Positions 10,754-24,030 of a DNA stretch of 64,000 nt are shown here, in pieces. The translations under genes were made by a program, and so were the position numbers. The stretch is from the NCBI RefSeq assembly GCF_006345805.1, contig NC_043018.1, forward strand, positions 26,164,001 to 26,228,000. The letters run 5' to 3'. The DNA comes from Octopus sinensis. Lineage: Eukaryota. The notes under the pieces were generated by a model that worked only from the letters and a program-made list of their open reading frames with translations, searched no databases and was not told where the DNA came from. Position 1 is the stretch's first letter. Each line of letters opens with the position of its first letter.

Positions 10754-11459
10754 ATATCTGCATAAGACAGGCTTCTTTCAGTTTCCATCTACAAAATTCA
10801 CTCACATGGCTTTGGTCAACCTGATGCTTTAGTGGAAGATACCAGGCAGTGGAACTGAACCTGAACCCATGTGATTGAGAGCTTTACTCCTCAACTACAC
10901 AGCCACATGGAAAGGTCATGTAAAGCTGTGTCAAGAACTACTGACTTGATGCTCTCTCACCTACGTATGCGTATGTTTGTGTCTCTGATGAAAACTGCAA
11001 TGAATATTCACATCAAAAATATCAGGGAAAATTCCTCGTTGTCGAAAGTGTGTATTGAATATCAAAATATTTTAAAGACCACAAACAAGAGCATTTTCTG
11101 CAATAATACTTTCAAAGAAATTATTTTCTTTGTCATCATTCTGAAAATTGCTGATAGAAGCTTTCTTTTTTCTTTATATATATTTGCCAGATATATCCGA
11201 TAATAATAATGATGGGAGCTTTTGAAAACAGAACAGCTCGCATTCTTAGTGGTTAAATGAATTTTTGAAAACTGTTATTTCTTCCTGTCAGGATAAATAG
11301 AGATCAGTCAATATTCTTTATTCTCTAAAATGAAAGTTTTCAGTTAATAGATACAATATACAGCCCCATCATCATCATTGTCATTATAATCAATATCTTA
11401 AGATTTCGTTTCCCATTCTGTCACAAATTGCACACATCTGCTAAATAATGTATAACCAC

Positions 11460-11502
<43 letters not shown>

Positions 11503-11512
11503 TATATATATA

Positions 11513-11892
11513 GGCGCAGGAGTGGCTGTGTGGTAAGTAGCTTGCTTACCACCACATGGTTCCGGGTTCAGTCCCACTGCGTGGTACCTTGGGCAAGTGT
11601 CTTCTAGTATAACCTCAGGCCAACCAAAGCCTTGTGAGTGGATTTGGTAGAGGGAAACTGAAAGAAGCCCATCATATATATGTATGTGCGTGTGTGTTTG
11701 TGTGTCTGTCCCCCTAGCATTGCTTGACAACCGATGCTGGTGTGTTTATGTCCCCGTCACTTTGCGGTTCGGCAAAAGAGACCGATAAAATAAGTACTGG
11801 GCTTATAAAGAATAAGTCCCAGGGTCGAGTTGCTCGATTAAAGGTGGTGCTCCAGCATGGCCGCAGTCAAAAGACAGAAACAAGTAAAAGAG
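11513..11892 (+). mobile_element. SINE family B
   Basis: Full head, body and tail match the other copies. Confidence 0.85.
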
Positions 11893-11904
11893 TATATATA
11901 TATG

Positions 11905-11962
<58 letters not shown>

Positions 11963-12366
11963 ATATCATCATCATCATTTTCATTTGGTGTCTGTTTTCC
12001 ATGCTGGCATGGGTTAGACAGTTTGACTGGAATTGGTAAGCCAGAGAGCTATACCAGGCTCATAGAAACCATGCCAAAACCACACTGGCGTTTAATGCAG
12101 TCTTCCAGCTTTGCCTGCCCTGGTCAAACTATCTGACCCATGCCAGCATGGACAATGGACATTAAATGACAAACAAACACTTAAAAGCTTGTCATTATAA
12201 GAGCTCTTCGCTCCGATATTCAAAACTCTGAGCACTTATATTGACAACCTTTTACTGTTTGTAAAAATAATCCTCTACTTATCTAATATCGAAGTCTCAT
12301 TCTTTTGTTGTTACTTTTTATTATCCTCATCATCATCATCATTATTATTATATATGTATATATATA

Positions 12367-12529
12367 GGCATAGGAGTGGATGTGTGGTAAGTAGCTTGCT
12401 TACAAACCACATGGCTCCGGGTTCAATCCCACTGCGTGGCAGCTTAGGCAAGTGTCTTCTGCTATGGCCTCGAGCCAACCAAAGCCTTGTGAGTGGATTT
12501 GGTAGATGGAAACTGAAAGAAGCATATCG

Positions 12530-12562
<33 letters not shown>

Positions 12563-12770
12563 TTATGTGTCTGTGTTTGTACCCCTAACATCGCTTGACA
12601 ACCGATGCTGGTGTGTTTACGTCCCCCTAACTTAGCAGTTCGGCAAAGAGACCGATAGAATAAGTACTAGGCTTCCAAAGAGTAAGTCCTGGGGTAGATT
12701 TTCTCGACAAAGGCGGTGCTCCGGCATGGCCACAGTCAAATAACTGACACAAATAAAAGAGTAAAAGAGA
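12367..12770 (+). mobile_element. SINE family B
   Basis: Full head, body and tail match the other copies. Confidence 0.85.
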
Positions 12771-14399
12771 GTAAAGTGTATAATACCTCCTCCCCACCTC
12801 ATGCCCTCTATAGTTTCTGTTTACTAAATTCCTATCACAGGGCATTTCTCAACCTAAAGGTATGGCAAGCGAGACAGAAGACTCTCAGAAACCAAAGGTT
12901 TTGCATTTAATCAAACAAACTTCTTAATTGCTCAGTACAATCCACTTGTTGCCTTTTTGCTGTTCTGTCTGTTTGAGCAGACTTGTAAGTCAAAGACATT
13001 CCAGCTATGGCCACTCTGTCATTTTAGTGGGTACATATCGTTTTTTCTCTAGCCCTAGACTCATAAGACTACTTTAGTGGAAGCCACTTGCTCAAGAAAC
13101 CTTTGCAATGGAACTGAACCTGAACCCATGTGATTGAGAACTTTACTTATCGACCACACAGCCACGCCTGCACCTACTGTAGTCTCTCTGACCCTATAGT
13201 CATAGCACTAGTTACCTGGCTTTCCCTGACCCTAGAGTCAAAGGCCCAGTCACCTGGGATTCTCTGGCCCTAAAGTCATAGGGCTGATTTCCATGGTATA
13301 TAAATGGTTGAGAACATATTCCTCTGGATGGGATCCTTTGCAGAGTTCTAGGCCTACAGTTTTGAGGGGAGGGGTGAATTGATTACATGAACCCTATCTT
13401 ATTTTATCAAACCCAAAGCAATGAAAGAGGAAGTTGACATCAGCAGGATTTGAACTCAGAATGCAAACATTCGAAAGAAATGCCAAGCAGTTTATCCTGG
13501 GTATATAGAACTACAGTATCTAGTATAAACTTTCATTTTTTCAGAGGCAGGGTGCAATTTGATGGAGATTTTACTGCTATTTCTAGCAGGTTCAGTGACC
13601 AAGTACAGGTTCCCCTCATTGTTTCATACAATCCGAGGTTTGGATGTAAATGTGGTCTGGACATTTTATAGATGGTTTTTGTGGAGAGGAACATTAACAA
13701 AAAATTAAAAAACACTCAGTAAAAGAGAGAAAAAAAACAAAGTATCTAAGACCCGAAATCAAGGAATTAAGATTTTCTTTCAGATATCCATAATGCTTGT
13801 GTGCCACATTGTTTTTTATTGGTTTCTTGTAGCAGAGTTCATAAGGTGGCGGCGTATATTTACTTCAAAGGAAACTTGGACCAATCTATATTGAAATAAA
13901 GTACAAAGCTGACAGGGAGTTAACATTAAAAGACGTTATTTAACCCTAGGTTAGTGTCCTGATGGGTGGGTTTGGGGGCGGAGGCTGATGATCAAAGGGA
14001 TTCCAGCTATGGCCATCCCATCTTTTTCTTTTTTGTTGTTGTTGTTATACACACAGGTGTAGCTGTGTGGTTAAGATGTTTGCTTCCCAACCACATGGTT
14101 TCAGGTTCAGTCCTACTGTTGAACCTTGGGAAGGTATCTTCCACTTTAGCCCTGGGCTGACTCAAGCTTTGTGAACGGATTTGGTAAAAAAAAAATTAAA
14201 AGCCTGACTGTTGTTATCATTAGGCCTAACTCATTGTAAAGTAAATACCACCATGACCGATATCCAAACTACAGTGGAGAAGGTCAGCCACTGGATTTGG
14301 TCAAAAAGAGACGATGAGCAATGGCTAGAAGAATATTGAGCTTTATTTGATAACCAACTGATCTAGCAAGCGGGGCCTCATATCAGTTTTGTTTCATAT

Positions 14400-14697
14400 C
14401 ATTGATGTCATTGAGAGGTAGGCCCCGAAATGGCGCGCTTTCTTTCCTGATGACCCCCATACACTTGCTGGCTTCCAGTATACAGAGTTTTTGACTGGTA
14501 GCACTTGCATGTACAAGTTGTTTGCAAAACATTTAGAAATAGACATGAGGGTGATTGATACTGCTGCCCTTATCTGCATTTCCTACTGTGAAGTTGGTTC
14601 ATCTGGAACACTTGACAGTAAAAGGTCCAGTTTGGTTTTGAAAATACTTACATCCAACCCATGTAGCCCCATCAGGTCCTTTGGGAGGATATTGAAG
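14400..14697 (-). mobile_element. 3' fragment of a CR1/Jockey-group LINE
   Basis: The minus strand translates FNILPKDLMGLHGLDVSIFKTKLDLLLSSVPDEPTSQ*EMQIRAA, a typical ORF2 C-terminus (FK.KLD.FL..VPDEP). Confidence 0.6.
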
Positions 14698-14708
14698 ATA
14701 TATATATA

Positions 14709-14767
<59 letters not shown>

Positions 14768-15039
14768 ATATATTATATATATATACGTGTGTGTGTATGT
14801 GTTTGTGTTTGAAAGAATGAGTAGAGATGGCTTTTTGAGGGGATCATTTTTATTTTAGTCTTGTTAATAATGTTTAAACATTATTAGTAAGATTAAAATA
14901 AAAATTATCCCCTCAATAAAGCCATCTCTAACCATTCTTTCAAATATATATATAATACTGTACCAAGAACTTTCTCTTTATTATTCTACTGTTATATATA
15001 TATATATATAATATATATATATAATATATATATATATAT

Positions 15040-15259
15040 AGGGAGAGTTCACAAAAAAAAAACGAGAGACGAAGGCAGGTGGTGTAGAAAACAAACAGAT
15101 GTATTAGTATAACGGTCAGGAATTGAAAAACTCTTTTACGTTTCGAGCCTACACTCTTCTACAGGAAGGGACACAGAAAAAAACAGGGAGAGAAACAAGG
15201 AGAGAAAAAATATGTGTAGTGGCTACCGATCTATCATGGCGACTGCCAGACAGAAGGGT

Positions 15260-15262
<3 letters not shown>
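15040..15262 (-). mobile_element. Penelope-like terminal fragment in (TA)n with degenerate hammerhead-like motif
   Basis: The minus strand reads CTGTAGAA GAG TGTAGG CTC GAAA CGTA. Flanked by microsatellites. Confidence 0.4.
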
Positions 15263-15305
<43 letters not shown>

Positions 15306-16355
15306 ATATATAAACATACATACACATGTGTGTGTGTGTGCATATATACCACATGCAGGTATTCAATATGTTAGAAATAGTAGAGAAATTTCCCTCATCT
15401 CACACTTAAAAAAAGAGGAATGATTCAGATATTGGAGAGTATATTCCTAGATAGACTATCTACACAAAAAGCAACACTACCTCACTGCAGAAAAAAAAAA
15501 GATAGGCACTGCTTGTTTATGAATGTAATACCTTTAATTATAAATTTAAGTCAATTATGGATTACCTGAAACTTAACAACAAAAACAACAATACCAAATA
15601 CTCTATGACAAACACAAAGACATACAACATGCACATACATGCACAGGATGGGCTTCTTTCAGTTTCCATCGACCGAATCTTCTCATAAGACTTTGGTTGG
15701 TCTGGGGATATAGTGGAAGACAGTAGCCCAAGGTGCTACACAGTTGAATTGAACCTAGAAGCATGTGGTCGGGATGTAAACTTCTTATCACATAACTAAG
15801 TTGGCACCTGCAAAATAAAAAAAAAATTAAAATTCATGGAGAAAGGCAATAAGGAACCATCTTTGTATCAGAGACTTAGTTCCTTCTGGGTGACAAGATG
15901 TTTTGCGTGCTGTTTCAGGGCCTACCTCTTGACAGTATCAAATTGCACCAGCCCCCCTCACTGGTATGAGGCCCTGCTTGCTAGATCAACTGGTTATCAA
16001 ATAAAGATCAATATACTTCTAGTCATCGCTCATCGTCTCCTTTTAACCAAATCCAGTGGCTGGCCTTCTCCACTGTAGTTTGGATAACGGTCATGGTGGT
16101 ATTTACATAGTCACCTGTGTCTTCCTAGGTAGTGCCGAGTCATTCCAAATCTTCTTTGAAAGTGGTGTGCAATGTCATCTTGCATCTTCCTCCTTATCTC
16201 CATCCTTTTGGTGGGCCTTTCAAGAATTTGGACCTGGAGATCTCCATTTCCAGCGACTTCGAGGGCTACCTCCTAGTCGTGTCAGGTGCCAATGAAGAGC
16301 TCTCGACTACAAGACGACGACCAAAGTTTTTTTTTTCCCAAATTCTAGGGTCTCC

Positions 16356-16762
16356 GGATCTTTTCGGTTAGAACGGCAGTTTTTAACATAATTTCTAGGT
16401 AACTAAAAAATGTTAAACTTCGTATACTGGTAGAATATGTTTATAAATCATCTTTTTCTCTTGGTTTTATTGAGAAAATTCTATAGTTTGTAAGATATTT
16501 GTTGTTTTTTTCTTCAATTTCTGCAATTTCAACCAATCAAATACGTCTATTGAGGTGAAAACATTCTGTGCCGTATGAATATGTCCCTCGTTTAAGAAAC
16601 AGATTGGGTTTATTTACATTTCTGAAGAAAAAAAGATACCCTTCCCCACCCCTAACCCTAAAACAGATTGAAATGCAATAGATTGATACTAGGGTCATAA
16701 TTATGGGTGACAATTTCATATGACACCGCTACAAAAAACTGCCGTTCAAACTGAAAAGATTT
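16356..16762. mobile_element. MITE with about 28 bp TIRs and 8 bp TSD (Merlin-like)
   Basis: The left end GGATCTTTTCGGTTAGAACGGCAGTTTT matches the reverse complement of the right end. GGGTCTCC is duplicated at 16348-16355 and 16763-16770. Confidence 0.7.
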
Positions 16763-16839
16763 GGGTCTCCCGCCCCTAAGCCCTAGACCATCACCTAATC
16801 ACCCTTACTCATCTTGTTGCTTAACAACAACAACAGCAA

Positions 16840-16960
16840 CAATGCCTTTGGTGGTACCCATTGTAAAGAAGATATCTTGGTTATTTGTCCTTCTCTATTT
16901 GGAAAACTTGACCTGCAAATCTCATTCTTCTTTCTGCCACGAAAACTTCCGAAGCAAGTG
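16840..16960 (-). mobile_element. Decayed RTE-type C-terminal fragment
   Basis: The minus strand translates ERRMRFAGQV...LLQWVP. Confidence 0.4.
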
Positions 16961-17671
16961 TATAGTGTTTAATCAAAGTAGTCACTAGAAGACGTTCAGT
17001 GATCTGATGATGCAAGGAAATATAAGGCAAAGAATAAATGCAATTAAGGAAATCAATAAATATAAGAATTATGTATGCGCAGGTTTGTCATTCTATGCCG
17101 TCTATAAATAGGAAGAAAGTTAAATGTAAGAAGAGGAATGCTTATTAAGCAGTTATTAATATGGGTAAGAGCTCATATTACTGGATCTAGTTCAACCTAT
17201 TTGCTGAAGGTAAAATACTGTACATGTTACAGCTTTGAGAATACTTTAGTTATTTCTGATAATTGAGATGTGGCTGCTTTGTTGAGCAATGTATTTTTGT
17301 AACCGTACTTTCTCGGTTTGACCTGGCAACAAGACATTAGTAATGGTAAGGAAAGGAAAGTGTGTTTTATAACAGCCTTGGGTTGACCAGTGCCTTTTTA
17401 TGAATGAATTTGGGAGAGAGAAAACTTCATAAGAAAAATACTCAGTAGTACATCTAGAGCCTGTACTTTTATTCTTCTACATGTTTCAGTCACTTTGACT
17501 GTGTCCATGCTAGAGCACCGCCTTTTAGTCAAAGAAATCTACCCTGGACTTATTGTTTGTAAGCCTGGTACTTATTCTAAACGGCCCCTTTGCCAAACCC
17601 CTAAGTTACAGGGATGTAAACCCCAAGGTCGGCCATCAAACAAGAGTGAAGGGAGAGACACAGACACACAG

Positions 17672-17739
<68 letters not shown>

Positions 17740-17772
17740 TTGCCTAATAGTGGTTTTATCTCTAATTTAATT

Positions 17773-17807
<35 letters not shown>

Positions 17808-17918
17808 ATATACATACATATTATATATATGTATACATATATATATATGTATACATACATATATATATATGTATACATACATATATATATATATGTATAC
17901 ATATATATATATGTATGT

Positions 17919-17950
<32 letters not shown>

Positions 17951-18150
17951 AGGTATACATATATATATATACATACATATATATGCATGTATGAATATAT
18001 ATATGTATATATATGTGTATATATATATATACATACACATAAACATACATACATAGACTCACATATATACATATACACTCACATACCCACTCACGCACCC
18101 ACATATACATGTGTTCAGTGCAACTTTCTTTCGTTCATTGATTTACACAC

Positions 18151-18181
<31 letters not shown>

Positions 18182-18984
18182 ACTGTGTGTGTGTGTGTGT
18201 GTGACTGTGTGTGTGTGTGTGTGACTGTGTGTGTGTGTGTTGGAGATGTCCACTGAAATAAAAATCAACAGCACTTGATTGCAAATCCTATTAACTTACT
18301 TAGAAAAACTACCGTATTCCTACAGACGTTGATTAAAGTGGTGAAGTGGGATACTGGTTCTATCTCACTGCAACGCAACCATTTCAAACCTGAAAAGCAC
18401 TTTGTGTTCAACTGAGTTGTCAAATTTTTTAATAACTTTATCGATATGAAATATCAACTCTTGTGGTTTTGTCATACTTCATTCTTTACCTTTCTGTGAC
18501 ATGTTTTATTGCTGAAGTTTTTTTGTTTTTTTTTGTTTTGTTTGTGGTAACATTCGTCTTGTAATTTTATGCTGATATCTTGGATTCTTGTAGTTCTTTG
18601 AATTTAATGAATTGATCAAAAGTGTGTGACTATGTATGTACATGTGTGTGTGTGTACAGACACACACACACAGACACATACACACAAGGGCACTCTCACA
18701 TATCTGATATATATGTATGGATGTATGTATGCATGTGTATATATATACATACATACATACATATACTTTATATATATATATAGTCTACTTTGTAAAGGGG
18801 TTGGTGTTAGGAAGGGCATCCAGCCAAAACAGACAGTGAATCTTGGTACAGTCTTCTGGCTTGCCACCTCCTGCCAAACTGTCCAACCCATGCCAGCATG
18901 GAAAAAATGAATGTTAAATGATGATGATATACTCACATACGGGTTTACTTATATATATGCACATTTTTCACAAACCTGTATGTA

Positions 18985-20073
18985 TATATATATATATATA
19001 TCTTTATATATATATATATACACACTTGTGTATACTTATATACGGCGCAGGAGTGGCTGTGTGGTAAGTAGCTTGCTAACCAACCACATGGTTCCGGGTT
19101 CAGTCCCACTGCGTGGCATCTTGGGCAAGTGTCTTCTACTATAGCCCCGGGCCGAGTGGATCTGGTAGACGGAAACTGAAAGAAACCTGTCGTATATATG
19201 TATATATATATATATGTACGTGCGTGTGTGTATGTTTGTGTGTCTGTGTTTGTCCCCCTAGCATTGCTTGACAACCGATGCTGGTTTGTTTACATCCCCA
19301 GGACTTAGTGGTTCAGCAAAAGAGACCGATAGAATAAGTACTGGGCTTACAAAGAATAAGTCCTGGGGTCAATTTGCTCAACTAAAGGCGGTGCTCCAGC
19401 ATGGCCCCAGTCAAATGACTGAAACAAGTAAAAGAGTAAAAGAGTACATGTGTACACTTACATATATGTACACCCATATGTATACTTATAAATATATATA
19501 TACATACATATAAATATATATATACATACAAATGGCAGTGCCCCAGCATGGCCACAGCTCATTAGCTGAAACTAGAAAAATCAAATCAAAATCATAGATA
19601 CATATATTTGGATGTACATGCATTTATCTGTCTCCCCTCTCCTTTGTCTTTCTATCTGTCTTTCTTTAAGTTTCTACCTTTTTTTTTATATTACCCTGCA
19701 TGCTTACGCAAAAGCAGGGTATCATAGTCACTCACCTTTGTCTGTGTTTTTTTCAAAATTACTGGAAAATAGTTGAACAGATTTTCACCAAATTTAGTAG
19801 AAATACTCATTGGGTGAGTGGCCTAAAATGACGAAAATTTGGTTTGATTACCTTCAAAATCAAAACTAGTGGATGGGTGAAGCAATGTTTTGGCCATACA
19901 GATTTTTTGCTAAAGAATTTATGTGCATCCAGGGTATGCATCGTTTCGGCATGTTCTCAGCACAATAATTTATTACTAGAACATAAAAACATGTGTTATG
20001 TCTCTTAAATACTATTTATCTTTCACCTGATGGAGTACTTTTTTCGTTGATCTCACCATTACGGAACAGTATG

Positions 20074-20111
<38 letters not shown>

Positions 20112-21181
20112 TTATATATATATATATATACACACTTGTGTATACTTATATACGGCGCAGGAGTGGCTGTGTGGTAAGTAGCTTGCTAACCAACCACATG
20201 GTTCCGGGTTCAGTCCCACTGCGTGGCATCTTGGGCAAGTGTCTTCTACTATAGCCCCGGGCCGAGTGGATCTGGTAGACGGAAACTGAAAGAAACCTGT
20301 CGTATATATGTATATATATATATATATGTACGTGCGTGTGTGTATGTTTGTGTGTCTGTGTTTGTCCCCCTAGCATTGCTTGACAACCGATGCTGGTTTG
20401 TTTACATCCCCAGGACTTAGTGGTTCAGCAAAAGAGACCGATAGAATAAGTACTGGGCTTACAAAGAATAAGTCCTGGGGTCAATTTGCTCAACTAAAGG
20501 CGGTGCTCCAGCATGGCCCCAGTCAAATGACTGAAACAAGTAAAAGAGTAAAAGAGTACATGTGTACACTTACATATATGTACACCCATATGTATACTTA
20601 TAATATATATATACATACATATAAATATATATATACATACAAATGGCAGTGCCCCAGCATGGCCACAGCTCATTAGCTGAAACTAGAAAAATCAATCAAA
20701 ATCATAGATACATATATTTGGATGTACATGCATTTATCTGTCTCCCCTCTCCTTTGTCTTTCTATCTGTCTTTCTTTAAGTTTCTACCTTTTTTTTTATA
20801 TTACCCTGCATGCTTACGCAAAAGCAGGGTATATAGTCACTCACCTTTGTCTGTGTTTTTTTCAAAATTACTGGAAAATAGTTGAACAGATTTTCACCAA
20901 ATTTAGTAGAAATACTCATTGGGTGAGTGGCCTAAAATGACGAAAATTTGGTTGATTACCTTCAAAATCAAAACTAGTGGATGGTTGAAGCAATGTTTTG
21001 GCCATACAGATTTTTTGCTAAAGAATTTATGTGCATCCAGGGTATGCATCGTTTCGGCATGTTCTCAGCACAATAATTTATTACTAGAACATAAAAACAT
21101 GTGTTATGTCTCTTAAATACTATTTATCTTTCACCTGATGGAGTACTTTTTTCGTTGATCTCACCATTACGGAACAGTATG

Positions 21182-21210
<29 letters not shown>
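18985..21210. repeat. About 1.11 kb tandem duplication bounded by (TA)n, each copy containing a family B SINE (19044-19444 and 20154-20556)
   Basis: Offsets of 1108-1111 bp at several markers. The copies differ mainly by single-base indels. Confidence 0.9.
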
Positions 21211-21220
<10 letters not shown>

Positions 21221-21965
21221 TCATTGATTTGACCCATGTCTGTGTGTGTATAGATCATGGTGTACCTATGCACATAAACACTTAATGCTACATACTTACA
21301 TAAATACATACATAGATATGTAACTGTGTGTGTGTGTGCATACTTGTGTGTTTCTACAGTGGCGGATTTGAGGGTTTCGTTTATTTACGAGTTGGTTACT
21401 TAATTTTACCAGGTTGTAATTACCTATAATGGTGATACTAAAAAAAATTGATGAAATTTTTTAAAAATTGAACTTACAAATTTCCAGATATGCAAGAGGT
21501 CATATTATTTATATCCTACAATGAACTGTGGTAGGTTTGATGCACCTGCCATCATTGAAAGATGTTGAAAACACTTCTCAAATTCTATGCAATATTTTCT
21601 ATAAGTATTTCAGTTTGTTCACTTTCTTTTTCATAATCATGTTTATTATTTGAATAATCATTTATTTAGTCATATGCAAATTTTACTCATATGCATTTGA
21701 CATAGACATCGATGAAGTCTACTTTTAGCTGTCATCTATTTAGGCTGCTAATCTTCTTTCAGTCAAACACTTACAAAGCTTAATTCAGTTCAATTAAAAA
21801 GCATGGGTAAATAATGCATTGTAAGCCACAATATAATTTGCAAAAAAATTTATCTGTGCACAGGGTGTGCATCACCTCTCTGATGCCTTTTTAAAAAATT
21901 TTTATATGATTTCCATTGATAAAAAAATTAACTTTTCCAAATTTTTCTTTTTTTACTTTTTATAG

Positions 21966-22089
21966 GAAGGCCAGGGAAAATGGTTTTCCTTGGATGGTGA
22001 ATTGATCATGAAGAATGGGGAAATTATTGGAACTCGAGGCTCCACTGGTCACAGCATTCTTATTGATGCCCGATTTGAACTTCCCTATG
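21966..22089 (+). CDS. unc-13: Internal coding exon of unc-13/Munc13 (C-terminal part of the C2A domain), EGQGKWFSLDGELIMKNGEIIGTRGSTGHSILIDARFELPY
   Basis: Polypyrimidine tract plus TAG acceptor, GTAAGT donor, 124 nt, phase 0 to phase 1, and only one open frame. The peptide aligns with Munc13-1 [40 protein letters not shown] and C. elegans UNC-13 GTRGPTGHNLLTDVRFELP (both recalled from memory, not searched). Confidence 0.88.
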
Positions 22090-22269
22090 GTAAGTTTATG
22101 ACAGCCATTTCAAAAATTTCATTCAGGAAAGAAAATGTTTTTGTCTTTTCTCCATAAACTATGTAATTATCTTAAATAATCCTGGCAAGCTCGAATTTTT
22201 TCAGCGGTGGTGCCCCAGCATGGCCGCAGCATTCGGGCTAAAACATTTTTAAGGATTTTAAGGAATAGC

Positions 22270-22668
22270 TGCAGGCATGGCTACATGGTAAGGAGCTTGC
22301 TTCCCAGCCACATGGCTCCTGCTTCAGTTGCACTGCATGGGGCACCTTGGGCAAGTGTCTTCTACTGTAGCCTCGGGCTGGCCAAAGCCTTGTGCAAAGC
22401 TTTGGTAGACAGAAACTGGAAGAAGCCCGTTGTATATATATATATATATTATGTGTGTGTGTGTATGTGTGTGTATCTGTGTTTGTCCCACTGCCATTGC
22501 TTGACAACAGATACTGGTGTATCTATGTCCCCGTAACTTAGTGGTTAGGCAAAGTGACCAATGAAATAAGTACTAGGCTTACAAAGAATAAGTCCTGGGG
22601 TCGATTTCTTCCACCAACACCCTTTAAGGTGGTGCTCCAGCATGACCGCAGTCAAATGACTGAAATAG
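22270..22668 (+). mobile_element. SINE family B (diverged)
   Basis: Head, CORE-like segment and tail are recognisable. Confidence 0.75.
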
Positions 22669-22789
22669 TAAAATGCTAAAACAATCTATACAAAATTGAC
22701 TAAATGGTTTTATTTATTTGTTTATTTATTGTTATAGATTTTTTGTTTATCATCTTCAGTGTTTACGTCTGGTCTTTTCTATATCTTAT

Positions 22790-23218
22790 TTTAATGTCTA
22801 TAATTACTGAAATTTAATTAAAAATAAATAGAAAAAAGCAGCAGAAAACAAGCCAAATCTGTGTATGGCAGGTTTGGTAGCCTCTAACTAACACTATCTC
22901 CTCCAAGACCCTGCGGCACAAGTTGACCAAAATTGAGAGTATGATAGAAGAAGGCTTGCTCTTCATTCTGTAGCAGATAAAATTCAAATCGGACCATGTT
23001 AATACCAAAAATTATTTACATCAAAAAGGTGCTTTTTTTCTATGAAAATCCCTAATTTTTACGATTTTTTTACTGCTGTCGACATTTTTCGGTGTATTTT
23101 AACCAGAAAAATGTTCACTTAAAGTTCACAAGCTACATAATGCAAAATTTTTAATTTTCAAAAATTCCAATTCTAAAGGGTCGGAACAAACCCGAGCAAC
23201 ACTGGGCGATACTACTAG
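22790..23218 (+). mobile_element. Non-autonomous Helitron remnant
   Basis: 3' end CCCGAGCAACACTGGG hairpin followed by CTAG and T (23215-23219). The 5' end is uncertain. Confidence 0.5.
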
Positions 23219-23463
23219 TTATGAATAAAATATATTCTGTAATCCTTTGGTTTGCCTTCACCATCATGGCCTTATCTATGATGGAGGTATTTCCTCATGT
23301 ATATCCATGAAAATATTAGTGAGGTAAACTTAAAACATATGTACACACATGGCTCTGTGGTGAAGCTATTTGGTTCACAACCCCTCTTTAAGGGGTTCGA
23401 TCCCATGCTGTGAGTGAAATTTGTTAGTCAGAAATTATGTAGATTCCTCTGTGCTTGTGTGTG

Positions 23464-23503
<40 letters not shown>

Positions 23504-23814
23504 TGTGTGCATGTGTGGGCAGTTGAGAAGCTTACTTTGTAAGCATGTGGTTTCAGTTTCAGTCCCATTGTACAGCCCCTGTCTTCTACCACAGCCCCAG
23601 GCTGACTAAAGCCCTGTAAGTAAATATGGAATTTGGTAGCCAGCTGTAGGAACCATGCCAAAACTGACAATAGAGCTTGCTGCAATCCTTTGCTTTGCCA
23701 AACTCTTAATAGAGCTCCAACGCATGCCAGCAGGGAACATGAATGTTAAATGATGACGACGATGGTGATGATGATGATATGTATGTATGTTTGTATATAT
23801 ATATGTGTGTGTTC

Positions 23815-24030
23815 TTTTAATCTTTTACTTGTTTCAGTCATTTGACTGTGGCCATGCTGGTGCACCACCTTTAGTCGAGCAAATCGACCCCAGGGCTTAT
23901 TCTTTGTAAGCCTAGTATATATACGACAGGCTTCTTTCAGTTTCTGTCTACCAAATCCACTCACAAGGCTTTGGTTGGCCCGAGGCTATAGTAGAAGACA
24001 CTTGCCCAAGGTGCCACGCAGTGGGACTGT
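23815..24030 (-). mobile_element. SINE family B (internally deleted)
   Basis: Reverse complement of the family B tail and CORE-like segment. Confidence 0.7.

Noticed and set aside
10960-11145. Exon-like segment on the minus strand ending in a GTGAGA donor
   Set aside because: All three frames contain stops, and there is no recognisable protein similarity.
21350-21900. CAGTGGCGGATTT start suggestive of a DNA transposon TIR
   Set aside because: No matching right TIR or TSD could be found.
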